A stretch of 64,000 nt of DNA from Octopus sinensis (GCF_006345805.1 NC_043010.1:1736001-1800000), one strand, 5' to 3'; shown: positions 25,680-39,482, numbered from the stretch's first letter. The notes: generated from the sequence alone by a model not told the origin. A program made the numbers and translations.

Positions 25680-25732
25680 CGCACATACGCAGGCATGTGC
25701 ACATATATGTAATTAGTTTTCCAATTGTATTG

Positions 25733-25763
<31 letters not shown>

Positions 25764-25788
25764 AATATATGCACATATAAATATATAT

Positions 25789-25820
<32 letters not shown>

Positions 25821-25941
25821 CGTACGTGCGTGCATGTGTGTGTACAGATACATTTATACCTATAAATATGTGTATAGAAATGTATGTGTATGTATATGAA
25901 TGTGTGTATGTATCCACATATATATATATATAATATATATA

Positions 25942-25972
<31 letters not shown>

Positions 25973-27355
25973 ATATATATATAAATATGTACACACACAA
26001 CACACTCTCACACACATACCTATATACATACATAATCTCTAATATATATATATATATCCGTAAATATATATGTATATATGTGTGTGTGTGTGTATCTGTG
26101 TCTGATATATATAGATATACTCACACACATACACACACACACATACACACACATATATATATATGTGTGTGTTGCTTATTCTATAACAAAATTTCTTTAA
26201 AATACATCACATTATTTCCTTTCAGTTTTCTTCATCTCATTCCCTCATTTGTTCATTCATTTGTTCTTTCATTCTTACATTCTATCATTTTTTTTGTTTG
26301 TTTTTTTTTGCCTTTCCACATCTTCCTTCCTTCCTTCTTTCTTTCCAAATGTCTGATCTGCAGTTAATTAAATTCTGAATGCATCGTTAATAGATTCTGA
26401 AATTTAACAATCATCATATTTACTGAGGATTTCTATAATTAAAGTTCATAGCCTCCCACCCCACCCTTCCCCACTGCAGCGTCTTCATTATCGTTATCAT
26501 TATCATTAACAGTATTGTTATCATCATCAGCATCATCAACATTATCATGATAATACTCACCATCATTATTATTATCATGATAATACTCACCATCATCGTC
26601 ATCATCAATTATCATTATTCTTATTGTTTTTACCATATTACCATTTTCATTGTTAATATCATTATCATCATCGTCATTGCCATCAGCATCATCATCATCA
26701 TCTTTGTCCTCCTTCACATCTTCCTCCGCACTCTTCTCCTCCTCCTCCTCCTCCTCCTCCTCATTATTCTTGTTATCATTGTCATCATCATTCTATTAGT
26801 TAATGAGTGTATATATTGAGTCTGTGTGTGTTTTGCATGTATTTCCATGTGCCTGCCTTTTATATATATATGTGTGTGTGTAGGTATACATAGGTATACA
26901 TATATGTATTTATATACGTACGAGGGTGTATGTATGTATGTATGTATGTATGTATGTATGTATGTATGTATGTATGTATGTATATATGAATGTATGTATG
27001 TATGTATGTATGTATGTGTGTGTGTGTGTGTGTGCACGTGTGTATGTGTGCGTATTTCAGGTTCTCTGTCCTTGTCTCTTCGTCCATGTTAGTCGTCCGT
27101 TAAACAGGTCTGCTAAGCTACAAGTATCACCATAGCAACACAGCTGTGAAAGTGTTGTGTCAATATGGTTCTAAACAGACCACAGTAAATATAGGAACTG
27201 TGAACAGTTGTTGTTGTTGGTGGTGGTGTTGGTGTTGGTGGTGTTGGTGGTGGTTGTGTTGGTGGTGGTGGGGAGTGTTAGTACCCTTTCAATGACAACT
27301 ATCGACCTATGTGTGTGCGTATGTTCACACACACACAAATATATATATATAATAT

Positions 27356-27401
<46 letters not shown>

Positions 27402-27407
27402 ATACAT

Positions 27408-27426
27408 AGATAGATAGATAGATATT

Positions 27427-27506
<80 letters not shown>

Positions 27507-27549
27507 AGATAGATAGATATTTAGATAGATAGATAGATAGATAGATAGA

Positions 27550-27582
<33 letters not shown>

Positions 27583-27608
27583 AGATAGATGATAGATAGA
27601 TAGATATT

Positions 27609-27663
<55 letters not shown>

Positions 27664-27733
27664 GTAGATAGATAGATAGATAGATAGATAGAGATAGATA
27701 GATAGAGATAGATAGATAGATAGATAGATAGAG

Positions 27734-27804
<71 letters not shown>

Positions 27805-27805
27805 G
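27408..27805. repeat. (GATA)n tetranucleotide array
   Basis: Direct reading. Confidence 0.95.
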
Positions 27806-28391
27806 AGATGTATTGATGCACACACACAAACAAACAAACACAAACACGTATTTATATATCTTCCGATTTTAATCTAGAGTTAATTTTGACAGGTCACCTG
27901 CTTAGTAGCAAGACTTTGAAGGAAAACAACTGGTTCACTTCATAATCCTTCAACCTAATACCAGCTAAATAATGACTAAGTTATTTTCCAAATTTTTCAT
28001 TAGTTCCGAAATTAATTGAAATATAAGCAATACCCATCAACAGAATTTTGGTAATAAGTGCCAAATTTTAAGAAGAGCTTGTAGATCTTTATTGTCCCAG
28101 ATATCATGATCATCTGTAGTGTAAGGATTAAAGAGTTACATTCTCCCCTCAAGAACTCAAATTCAACCGTATTTTGTTCAAGACAGGTTGGTGCGTTTAC
28201 TGTTAGTCCATATGTGACTAAATCAGTAACCCTACCAAACTTGCTTGGTAAGGCGGATGGTTTTCGTTAAACGTTCTGCAGGATAAAAAAGAAAACCCAT
28301 CAAGGGACGAAAGAACTTAGTAATGGCGTCAATAACCATCCAACAGATGGGAGTGAGAGACGCATAGTCTTTGTTTCAATATATGTCTGAG

Positions 28392-28500
28392 ACTGATTAC
28401 CAAAGTGGGTCGTGCCACCTCTTTGAGGGTAGTGGAAAGATCCAGGGAACGTTGAAGAAATGTAGAGTGATAATGGGGTGGGAAAAAGGAGGTGATGGCT
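28392..28500. mobile_element. Fragment of the hAT MITE family seen at 57874-58146 (opposite orientation)
   Basis: CTGATTACCAAAGTGGG, GAAAGATC, GTTGAAGAAATG and AAAAGGAGGTGATGG align with the reverse complement of that copy. Confidence 0.6.
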
Positions 28501-29029
28501 GACAATGCTCACGCCTCTATTTTTCAATGGTACACTCAAATTGAGAAAATAGTGTTTAAAAATCGATTTGAAAAACGTTGTTTTAATAAAAAATAACTTC
28601 AAGTAAAACAGAATATAAAAAATAAAGAAAGATATAAAGCAAAAGTTTACTAACGAAGCTGGTCATAAAATTCTCATGAGAATTCCCTAAAAAAGACGAA
28701 AGTATATGACACTAACAATAATAACAAGAACAACAGCCACAACAAAATGAAAAGTGATCATTATAATAATAATGGACTCTCCCGTCGAAGATGATGAATG
28801 AGCGTTCAGCTTTTTGTCGAATGATCTGCGCAAATGATTTGTTTATAGGGATCGAATGGTTGTGCCGCACATTAGCTCACTGTCTCCATCAAATCGACAA
28901 AATCCTTTCGTTATTCGCGTCCGAAGGTTTATATAAAAGACTGAGGACGGCCCATGACAACGCAACACAAATAGGGAGGGGCTGGAGTATATAAAAAAAA
29001 ACAGAATAAAAATAAAAACTATAAGTTAA

Positions 29030-31320
29030 ATTTCCAAAAGAGGGAGACTTCCAAGGGCTGCTTGTGAAAACTCCCCCAAAACCCCGATCGCCCTGACCTT
29101 TCGGGCAAGTGCCCTCTCCACTTCATCTACTCTCGACCTAGAGGCGCATGCATAGATTACGCCCCTCCACTCGAGCTTTTCACTCTACATTCACCCACCT
29201 TTTACCAAAATTCCTGAGAGGCAGCATTTCCCTCTCTACACACACTTTCCTTTTCAAGTGAAACGTGAAAAAGTTGATGAGGACTTGAACAAAAAGGAAA
29301 GTGTTTGTATTCATCTCTTTCAACCTGGTCTACCACACAATCTTTTTTGCTAAGGCCACCAGACAAAGAAACACTACCTGCCCTTCCCGACCAAAGGAAG
29401 TCGTCAGGGTAATCTTCACGATGCACTCAGTTGATATCCGGATCCATTCTACACGCAATAGCAGGTGTTCAATATGTAAACCCAGCAGTCAGAAATGCTC
29501 AGGCACTGAGCAAAAACGTGAAGAACAGTTTCTTCGCTCTGCGCATGCCTCGAACAAGCCCGGCTGACCTCACTTCCATGCTTGTAGAGTTTATCCCTAA
29601 TCAGCAATCCCCCTCCCCGGTAGCACTGCCAGGCCAGGGATTTCTAGAAGTTACCTATGAACCCCGGTCCGAAAGTTCTCTGGAACAAACTAGCCAACTC
29701 ATTCTCATCGACACCCATAATTTCCTCAAGAACCTCCTCGCACTTGTCCTCCTCTGACCCTCTATAGAACGCCTGAGTGTAGCCGGCCAGTTTGAAAGTG
29801 AACAACTTATATTATCTTTATCTACTGGCCTACAGAATACCTTATCTAGATACAACCTGGATGACCCGATGCAATTCGTCCACGTCCACATTGGCGAAAT
29901 CCAGTCGGCACCTTTCAAAGAGTTGGAAATGTCTGAGCAAGTTTACGTGGCTTTTACCACCTTCTCTTCTATCTGCTAGCCCCATACAATCCAAACGTGG
30001 TTCTAAGACGGGGTTCCAATCGCCTACTAGCACTAAACGCTGGGATATTTCGAGGACAGTTTCCAGACATCTGAAGAAATCCAGCTATACTGCTCTTGTC
30101 GGAGTATAGACAGCCACCAGTCTGAAGGAACCCTTGCATTGCTGTTCACATCCAGGACCACCAACTTACCTTCTGGGTCGAGGAAGATAATTTTCATCAG
30201 ACCTCTCCAGAATAACACCGCGGCTTTACCTCCTATTACCGGTTGACATGGAGATAAATATATCTCTGAGGTCGTTGAGTAGATGGCCTTGTTGCCCAGG
30301 CGACCCCTGGCCACGTGCATTTATACTGCCAACTCTGAGCAAGGCCATGTTAGATTAAAGTACAGAAGTGGAAAAAGCAAATTTTTTTGGCGAGGAGGAG
30401 ATGGATGTTCCGTCCTTATAGGTATATGTGGATGTTTCCACGAGCTGGGTTTTTTTTTGTTGATATTCTTTTATTTATGTCTCTCTGGAAGCCCCTACTC
30501 CTTCAGGATCTTTTCTTTTGATGTTGTAAGTGTTTTGGGATGTTTGTATGACTAATGTGTGTCGATGCGTTGTTTCTTGGTGTGATAAAGACCGTGTGTG
30601 CGATGTCTGTATGGTTATATATGTCATCCATTAGTTTTGTACTGTTTGTTTATTGCTGTGTAGTTCAAAATGTTTGACTTTTGTTGGTGTTGAGATGTGC
30701 GATCTGGAAGTTGTGCAAATTGGGCTGTGCTTGTGATGGTGGGGGGGTCTGTGGTAGTGGTAGTGAGGATGATGGTAGTGATGGGGATGATGCTGTTGTT
30801 GATAGTGCTGGTGTGGATGATGTTGGGAGAAGTATTAGAGAATTTGTCTTTGGTGGTATCTCCCCACCACCTCTGGTGATACCTGCCGTTTTTGTGTGTG
30901 TGTGTGTGTTGATGTCGGTATTACTCTGGTTCTTTTTCTTTTGTTTGATTTACCGACCTTTTCCCACTTTGGCCCTTCGTACTCCACCACGCTGCAGTAC
31001 ATGTCTGATTGCTCCGAACACAGGAGGGACAATCTTGCGGAGCTTTTTGCGGTTTTCTGTTGATAAAGTTGTTGTTTGGGGGGGGATCTGATGCTGTTGT
31101 TTTTACTGCTGTAGATGTTGGTGAGTTCTCTTTTGTGTTTGTTACTGTTGCTTCCACTGTTTTGTCATTGTTGTTGTTGTTGTTGCTGCTGCTACTTCTG
31201 TCGGTGCTGCTGTGATTGCAGTTGGTGCTACTGTTGGTTACTGTTGTTTTTGCAGCTGTAGTAGCTCGTTTTGTATGTTTCTTTTTTGCTGTCCTTTTAG
31301 TTAATGATGATGGCGGTGCT
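29030..31320 (-). mobile_element. Degenerate Tx1/L1-like LINE internal fragment: ORF1 C-terminus, ORF2 endonuclease and linker; no RT
   Basis: ORF2 ATG at 30348: MALLRVGSINARG...LLNDLRD; then DPEGKLVVLDV, FRLVAVYTPT, GDWN and WTWTN....SRLYLD (APE endonuclease motifs) across frameshifts. T/K/P-rich low-complexity ORF1 tail upstream. Confidence 0.85.
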
Positions 31321-31448
31321 GCAGCAGTCTACAGACTTTTGGAATGCACCTTGTAAATATATATTCCAGATTGTCAGAATAAAGGATAGCTCATGGTGTG
31401 TTTGGTGTTAAGAAAATAAAAGTCACTGCAGAGAATCGCAAAAAATAG

Positions 31449-31545
31449 TCAATCCCACTGTGAAGAACATAGGAAAAGTGTCTTCTACTGTAGCCTCAGG
31501 CCGACTTGTGAGTGAATTTGGTAGAGGGAAACTGAAAGAAGCCCG

Positions 31546-31579
<34 letters not shown>

Positions 31580-31810
31580 TGTGTGTGTGTGTGTGTGTGT
31601 GTACGTTTGTGCTTGTCTCCTACCACCGCTTTGCCAACCAGTGTTGGTGTGTTTACGTCCCCGTAACTTAGCTGTTCGGCAAGAGACCGATAGAGGAAGT
31701 GCTATGGTTAAATAACAAATACTGGGGTAGATTTATTCGACTAAAAAAAAACTTTTTCAAGGCGATGCCCCAACATGGCCGCAGTTTAATGACTGAAACA
31801 AGTAAAAGAT
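31449..31810 (+). mobile_element. SINE family A copy
   Basis: Same body and tail motifs with internal (TA)n(TG)n. Confidence 0.8.
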
Positions 31811-32152
31811 AACAAAAAAAAAATCAGAAAAATTGTCTACATCAGATGGTTCTCTATTTCAAGAACCATTTCCAACTTTTGTGATGCCCATTCCAGTTAA
31901 TTAAATGGCATACGACTGCCAAAATTCTCAGCGATAGACCTACGGAAGATTGAGACACCGATCCAATATCATTTTCATTTAAGCATTTTCCTACTCGCTT
32001 ATATATTGTCAATAGAAAAAAAACAACAAACATCTTCAGGTCTTAACCATCTCAGTCACGAGAAGCTCAGATTTATTGCGTTTATTGGAGTCATCAGTTA
32101 TTTGTACAGAATTGCTAATGTATGAAAATTTACGTCGGGTTCTAGTGGGGAC

Positions 32153-32603
32153 GATGGTTAATGTGCAACAGTCTAATACATGTATGATTGTATGTGATGA
32201 TTAATGTGCGACAGTCGACGACATGTGAAATTGCAGCGGATAGTTGAGGTGCAACAGTCTACTACACGTGAAATTGCATGTGATGATTAATGTGCGACAG
32301 TCTGCTACATGGGAAATTGTATCTGATTGTTAATGTACAATAGTCTACAAACCACATGTGAAATTGTATGTGATGATTAATGTACAAACTACATGTGAAA
32401 TTGCAGGTGATGGTTAATGTAAAATAGCTTACGTACCACATTTGAAATTGAATATTTGATGATTAATGTACTACATGTGAAACTGTATATGATGGTTAAT
32501 GTATAGAGGTCCACGTACCACATGTGAAATTATATGTGATGATTTATGTACTATAGTGTACGTACCAAATGTGAAATTTCATGCGATGGTTAATGCACAA
32601 CAG
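32153..32603. repeat. Minisatellite, 11 units of about 43 bp (range 33-49)
   Basis: Consensus GAT(G/A)(G/A)TTAATGT-variable-ACATGTGAAATTG(T/C)ATGT; units start at 32153, 32196, 32239, 32282, 32325, 32372, 32409, 32458, 32491, 32538, 32585. Confidence 0.9.
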
Positions 32604-32699
32604 AAGATGGGACTGTAATTTGAAAGAGATTTGGCTGCTGTTTCTAGTAGATCAAACGCCTGCATAGAAATGTTATCATTAGTTCGTGTTGTTTTTGTC

Positions 32700-33270
32700 G
32701 TTGGTTATTGTAACGATGGTAACTGTGGTGGTGTCATGGCAGGGATGTAGGTGGTGGTGGTGGTGAGTATCGTAGTGGTGGCTATGGTTGCAGTTCTTGT
32801 AGTGGCTGTGGTTGCAACTTTGTGCAGTGACGGTGATAATAATGATGATAATGGTGGTAGTGGTGGTGGCGGCGGCATTGGCAGTGGTGGTGATGGGGGT
32901 AATGGTAGAGGTTATGGTGGTAGTGCTAATAGTAGTAGTGGTAATTGAAGCATTCTGGTGGTAGTTGTAGTTGAGTTGATGGTGGCGATAGTGATGCTGA
33001 TGCTGGTGGTGGTGGTGGTGGTGGTGCTGGTGGTGGTGGTGGTGGTGGTGCTGGTGATGGTGGTGGTGGTGGTCATGGTGGTCATGGTGATGATATTTGT
33101 TGTCCAAGGTGGTAGTGATAGAGATAGTGGTGGCGGCGATGGTGGTGGTGGTGGTTGTGATGATGATGATGATGATATTGTTATTAGTGGTGGTGGTGGT
33201 GGTGGGGTGGTGGTGGTGGTGGTGGTGATGGTGGTGTTGGTGATGATGAATTTGATGATTGTGGTGGTGG
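32700..33270. repeat. Degenerate (GGT)n/(GAT)n trinucleotide region
   Basis: Direct reading. Confidence 0.85.
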
Positions 33271-33679
33271 CGGAGGCGACGACTGTGGGCTGAATGTTGT
33301 AGTGTAAAAGCAGAGTGGAAGGAATGCAAGAAGAGAAACCATAGCAAAGAAATGAATTGATAATGGACTGCAAAGAAGAAGAAGACCTTGGAATGGCGGA
33401 GCAACTGTCTCAGCTTGTTTGGGTAATATTTCAACAACTAAGAATGATAATAAATGGAAGAAATACGAAAAAGACAAAGAAAAAAAAAGACAGGAAAACG
33501 AAACGAAACAAAATAGGTGAGTGAACAGGGAAGGAGGAGGAGGAAAGAAGGGGAGGATAGAGGAGTATTGGGGGGAAGGTGAGAGTGTGAGGGACTTTAT
33601 GTTCCTTTTATAGAAAGGAGAGGAAGTCATTGAAAATAGTGAGTGTAATAAGCAGAAATATGAAGATTGTTGAACTAGA

Positions 33680-33693
33680 GTCAGTTCATGTGT

Positions 33694-33725
<32 letters not shown>

Positions 33726-34640
33726 AGGTCTGTGTGTGTGTGTGTGTGTGTGTGTATAGGTTATGGTTGTATGTGTGTGTATGTACATGTGTAGTTCTGT
33801 GTATGTGGCTGTATGAGTGTATGCGTGTATGCAATTGTGTGTGTGTGTGTGTAGGTCTGTGTGTACATAGGTGTGTGGCTGTGTATGTGCGTATGCGTGT
33901 GTGTAGGTCTGTGTGTACGTGTGTAGGTTTATATGTACATAGGTGTGTGACTGTGTATGTGCATGTGTAGGTCTGTGTTGCTGCATGAGTGTATGTGCGT
34001 ATATGATTATGTGTGTGTAGGTCTGTGTGTACATAGGTTGTGGCTCTATGTGTGTATATGTGTGCGCGTGTGCAGGTATGTGTGTACATGTGTGGCTGTA
34101 TGTGTTTATGTGCGTATGATAGTGTGTGTGTGTAGGTCTGTATGTGTGCATGTGTAGGTCTATGTATACATAGGTGTGTGGCTGTATATGTGCGTATGTG
34201 TATGTGCATGTGTAGGTCTGTCTGTACATGTGTGTGGCTGTATGTGTGTATGTGTGTGTATGTGTGTGTGTGTAGGTCTGTGTGAGCATAGGTGTGTGGG
34301 TGTATATATGTGTATGTGCGTATGTGCGTATGTGAGTGTGTGTGTTTGTGTGCGTATGTAGGTCTGTGAGTACATATGTGTATGGCTATATATATGTGTG
34401 TGTGTGTGCATGTGAGTATGTGATTGTGAGGGGTATAGGTCTATATGTACGTATGTGTATAGTTGTATGTATGTGGCTGTATGTGTGTATAGGTGTATGC
34501 TTTCGTATATGTGTAAGCATATATGTATGTATACATTCATGTGGATGTGTCTGTGTGTTTATATGTATGTATGTATATGTGAATAAGTCTCTGTTTCTCC
34601 GAACATGCGTATGCGTGTAATCGTATTTGCATATATGTGT
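33680..34640. repeat. TG-rich compound minisatellite (recurrent GTGTAGGTCTGTGTG..ACATAGGTGTGTGGCTGT)
   Basis: The motifs TAGGTCT and TGGCTGT recur many times within (TG)n. Confidence 0.85.
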
Positions 34641-34764
34641 GTATACATGTTTGCATATGTATATGTGTGTGTTGATCTATCTGTCTGTATGGGTGCATCT
34701 TTGTATATGTGGTGGTCGATTATCCGTCGATCTCAATGATGAGCGTTCAGTCGTTCGTTTAACT

Positions 34765-35109
34765 CAGTGGTTCACAACTATTTTTTTCCCCATCTATGGA
34801 CCCCATTAATTACTCTTCCGGTCTGGCGGATCTCCATAGTCATTCGATCTTTAAAAACTAGTTTTATTGATAATTCTTTCAAAATCCCTATTTAGATTTT
34901 CATATATTAACTTGTGTAGGTCGAACTAAGTAAAACATTAAAGAAATCTCGCAGTTTCTTGCAGTAGATACATTCAAAGCAAAATTCGTTCTCATAGCCC
35001 CTTAATATGCTAATGTGAATCCACAATTTACTATTTTGCTTGCGTGAACCCCTAAAAGTCTTATATGGGACACCCTGGGATCATAATGGAACCCGGTTGA
35101 GAACCACGA
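34765..35109. mobile_element. hAT (Charlie/Buster-type) MITE
   Basis: TIR CAGTGGTTCACAAC / GTTGAGAACCACGA; 8-bp TSD GTT(T/G)AACT; internal homology to 52764-53260. Confidence 0.8.
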
Positions 35110-35473
35110 GTTGAACTTAATTCTTGTTCGTGAAATAACAGACATTCCGACTGTTTCGACAACGACGGTTCCAGCTGATCCGATCAACAGAATAGCCTGT
35201 TCGTGAAATTAATGTGGATGTGGCTGAGCACTACACAGACACGCGGACCCTTAACATAGCTCTCAGGAACATGTAGCACGGGTTGCAACAATGCTAGTCC
35301 TTTGAAATACAGGTACTACTTTTATTTATTTATTTTTGGCAGCTGAGGGAACTGGAGCAATGAGAAATAAAAGGTCTTGCTCAACGATACAACGCGCGGC
35401 CGGGAATCGAACTCACGACCTTACAATCGTGAGCCGAATGCCCTAACCACTAAGCCTCGCACTTTCTTATTTC

Positions 35474-35708
35474 TTATTTCTTTATTACCAACAAGGGGCT
35501 AAACACAGAGGACAAACAAGGACAGACAGACAGATGGATTAAGTTGATTACATCGACCCCAGTGCGTAACTGGTAATTATTTAATCGACCCCGAAAGGAT
35601 GAAAGGTAAAGTCGACATCGGCGGAATTTGAACTTAGAACGTAGCGGCAGACGAAATACGGCTACGCATTTCGCCCGGCGTGCTAACCTTTCTGCCAGCT
35701 CGCCGCCT
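35474..35708 (-). mobile_element. SINE family B, full length; other copies at about 18480-18700(-), 22860-22970(-), 23640-24270(mixed), 48840-49250(+), 52590-52755(+), 53320-53500(+), 53990-54120(-), 63380-63520(-)
   Basis: Reverse complement of the 20593-20820 unit. Confidence 0.85.
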
Positions 35709-36536
35709 TAAGCCACGCACTTTCTGTAGGTGATATAAACGTGCAAGAAGCTCAGCATTCCACAGTTATATACATTATCTTAGTGTAATTCGCAGGTCCA
35801 AGCAGATCAGCGTGACACAAAACGTATATATAAGCGCTGGACTTCTCAATCACAGGTTACACTAAGATTCTTTCTACTATAGGCACAAGGCTTGAAAGTT
35901 TGAGGGAAGCGACCGGTCGATTACATTGACGCCAGTGCTTAACTAATACTTGTTTTACCGACCCCGAAATGATGTAAGGCAAAGACTTGAAGTCTATTTA
36001 ACAAATATCGAACTGGAAATAATGAAAGCTTCTGTCTACCCGGGCAGAATTCGAACTAAGATTGTAGAGGGGAGGCACGAATGCCTCAAAGCATTCGAGG
36101 GTTTCATTATTCTGCTAATCCACCACTCTATGTATATATGGGTGGAGGACAGCCTGTTATGCACATTTGCAAATTTGAATCGATTTTGTCAAACCAAGAC
36201 AGTTAAATCTGCCCTCACAAGTTGTGTCATCAGAATTATATGCCTGGGTAGGCAATAGTAGTCGAAGTTATGATCTTGTATTTAAAGAATCTAATAGCGA
36301 TCTGTGTCTGCAAAAGTGAATCCATAAAAATTTTGTAGATAAATAACATTGAATTATGTCGAGTTAATTTACAGCAAGGAGTGGGAAAATGTAATGTGAA
36401 GGAGATTTGTCCTTCTTCAGACAAGAAAGTATTTTAGGTCAATGCCGAGGGTGCGAAGAAAGAGAAGAGGGAAGCTGAAATCTGTATAAAATAATACATT
36501 GATTTTTCGTATTTAGTGCTCTTATTTAGTAGTAAG

Positions 36537-37310
36537 GGGAGGCGCAGTGGCCCAGTGGTTAGGGCAGCGGACTCGCGGTCGTAGGATCGCAGTTTCGATA
36601 CCCAGATGGGACGTTGTGTGTGTTTGAGCGAAAACGCGTTAAGCTCCACGAGGCTACGGCAGGGGGTGGTGGCGATCCCTGCTGTACTCTTTCGCCACAA
36701 CTTTCTCTGTCTTTCTTCTGTTGGCCTGCTTGCTTAGCCAGCGGGGTGGCATCATATGAAGGCTAAAACAATGCGAAGCACATTGTGACTAGCGATGTGT
36801 AGCAACATCTGATAGCCTGGTCGGTCACGGTGATCACGGAGAAAATATGTTTTCTTAATTTGACACAAGAATAATTTTAGAAAGGAGGAAAATTTACTCT
36901 TAAAAGAACTGACAGTAATTCATTCCGCCCTCTACAAGCTGTGTGGAGGCGCAATGGCCCAGTGGTTAGGGCAGCAGACTCGTGGTTTCGATTACTAGAC
37001 CGGGTGTTGTGAGTGTTTATTGAGCGAAAACACCTAAAGCACCACGAGACTTCGGCTGGGGGTAGTGGCGAACCCTGCTGTACTCTTTCACCACAACTTT
37101 CTCTCACTCTTTCTTTCCGTTTCTGTTGTACATGTATTTGAAAGGGCCAGCCTTGACACACACTGTGTCACGCTGAATCTCCCCGAGAACTACGTTAAGG
37201 GTACACGTGTTTGTGGAATGCTCAACCACTTACACGTAAATTTCATGAGCAGGCTGTTCCGTTGATCGGATCAACTAGAACCCTCGTCGTCCCAACCGAC
37301 GGAGTGCCAC
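36537..37310 (+). mobile_element. Two SINE family D copies (36537-36840, 36944-37310); related pieces at 43495-43610(-), 35130-35460(-), 56790-57005(-)
   Basis: GGAGGCGCA(A/G)TGGCCCAGTGGTTAGGGCAGC head, TTGAGCGAAAAC..AAAGC.CCACGAG, CCCTGCTGTACTCTTTC.CCACAACTTTCTCT. Confidence 0.8.
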
Positions 37311-37811
37311 GATATAAGCTGTATATATTGTCGTAACCTCAGCCAAGCAGGAACACAGCGGAGCATCTCTCCATAGTCGGTTAACTTTATAGAAATAGCA
37401 GTCAACAGAGAGAGGCTTTGGAGCTCACAGAAACCAAGAAGAGATCCTGTCAACGAATTCAAATTACAAAATGCAGTTTCATTTCTCATCATTTTGGCTT
37501 ATATGTTTCTTTTTCATCATCCTCATCATCATCATTTTATATTCGTTTTTCCATGCTTGCAAGGGCTGAGATGAGCCCTCCTCCAACACATCCTGCTATT
37601 TGTGTTCCTTCGTCTTCGCCTTTATGAGTTTCACTACCCTACTATCGTTTTCTTTTTACTCCACTTCATCTAACATTCTTCTCTTTCACAAGCTCCATGC
37701 ACTTTAAGTTAGTGGCAAAACTAGAGATAGATTGTCAGGTAGAATACCCAGTACCTTCAAATCATGATTGTAACCAAACGAAAGCACTAACCAATTTCAT
37801 AGTACCGCCTT

Positions 37812-37874
37812 CTCATGTGAAATACATAACCCTATGGTACCTCCTCATGTGAAATACACAACCCTATGGTACCT
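37812..37874. repeat. 32-bp tandem duplication
   Basis: CTCATGTGAAATACA(T/C)AACCCTATGGTACCT twice (37812, 37844). Confidence 0.9.
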
Positions 37875-37983
37875 AGATACTGTTAAACTCAATGAGGTAG
37901 TTGTTCTGTGTGGGATCTCGACAGGCTAGAAATAGCAAGGAAATCTTCGTTAAACCACACCCTGCGATCTTGAAAAGGAGAAA

Positions 37984-38331
37984 GTGGTTGTGTAATAAGA
38001 ATCTTGCTTTCTAACCACATGGTTCCGGGTTCGGTCTCACGCCGTGATACCTTCTATTTTAGCTTAAGGCTGATCAAATCCTTGTGAGTGAATTAGGTAG
38101 ATGGAAATTGTAAGAAACCCGTAGTACGTGTGTGTGTGTGTGTGTATGTGCGTGTTTGTGACCCACTACCGTTTCATAACCGGTTTGTAAGCTAACGTCC
38201 ATGTAACTTAGCAGTTCGGGAAAAGAGACTTAAAGAACTAACAAATAAATACTGGGGTGGATTCACTCGACTAAAACTTCTTCAAAGCGGTGCTCCAGCA
38301 TGGCCGCTGTCTAATGACTGAAACAAGTAAA
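37984..38331 (+). mobile_element. SINE family A copy
   Basis: CTAACCACATGGTTCCGGGTTC head, internal (TG)n, tail GCGGTGCTCCAGCATGGCCGC. Confidence 0.8.
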
Positions 38332-38603
38332 ATGTTTTGGCAATGGACTTTGGGATACACGATTCCCGAAAAATGAAATGACAGGATGGCCATGGATGGC
38401 CATGCCCTTTAACTGTAAGACTTCTCTGATCATGACAAACTGATGCTAAACATCATCATTATCGCCAGTGACAACCATTACGACGACAGGAATTGTACAG
38501 TTGAAAATTTAAATATCTTTGCCATGGTTACTCGCGAAGACAAATGGACAAGACTCCACCCATATTTCTTTGATTCGTAGACACCCGACCAAACTCGGCC
38601 ATC

Positions 38604-38647
<44 letters not shown>

Positions 38648-38731
38648 TAATAATAATAATAATATTTGCTATAATATTTAGGAAATTCATTACACTGTCT
38701 TTGTTGTTGTTGATGACGACGATGATGTTGG

Positions 38732-38778
<47 letters not shown>

Positions 38779-39240
38779 GTCATGGTGGTGATGATGATGA
38801 TGATGATGATAATGATGATGATGATGATGATGATAGTGGTGGTGGTCATGGTGGTGATGATGATGTCGTCGTTGTTCTTTTCATTTTATTTCACCTTATA
38901 TTTATTTATTTATTTATTTACACTTATTTTATTTTACCTTTATTTTTCGTTTTCGTTTTTACCTCAGTTTCAATTGGTTTGTTAGCTGCACACTGCAAAT
39001 GCTGCAAGCAATGCAAAGTCTATTGACTTTATTTCAGTCACCTCAATATCCAGGCCCTTAGACACACACACACACACACTGAAGGAGAGAGAGAAGGGGG
39101 GAGAGAGGGAGAGAGAGACGGAAGGTGAGAGAAAGGAAAACGAGGAAAGAAAGATAGAGCCGTGCACAGCGACGACACCATCGCATACACACGTGCAAGG
39201 ACAAGAAACATCATCATACACACACACACACACACACACC

Positions 39241-39482
39241 ACACACACGTAAACACATTTACACTTTCACAAATGCATAGGAACATACTCTTAACTACAG
39301 ACACATACAAACACACGCGCAGACACTCAGTCACATATACACAAACACACACACACACAACACACACACGTAAACACATTTACACTTTCACAAATGCATA
39401 GGAACATACTCTTAACTACAGACACATACAAACACACGCGCAGACACTCAGTCACATATACACAAACACACACACACACACA
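39241..39482. repeat. Near-perfect 121-bp tandem duplication bounded by (CA)n
   Basis: CGTAAACACATTTACACTTTCACAAATGCATAGG... at 39248 and 39369. Confidence 0.9.

Noticed and set aside
32153-32603. CRISPR-like look (conserved ends, variable middle)
   Set aside because: The variable parts are short and homologous to each other; eukaryotic context; no cas genes. It is a minisatellite.
36537-36610. tRNA gene candidates (this and other A/B-box heads)
   Set aside because: All continue into SINE bodies and lack a complete acceptor stem; no true tRNA gene is supported.
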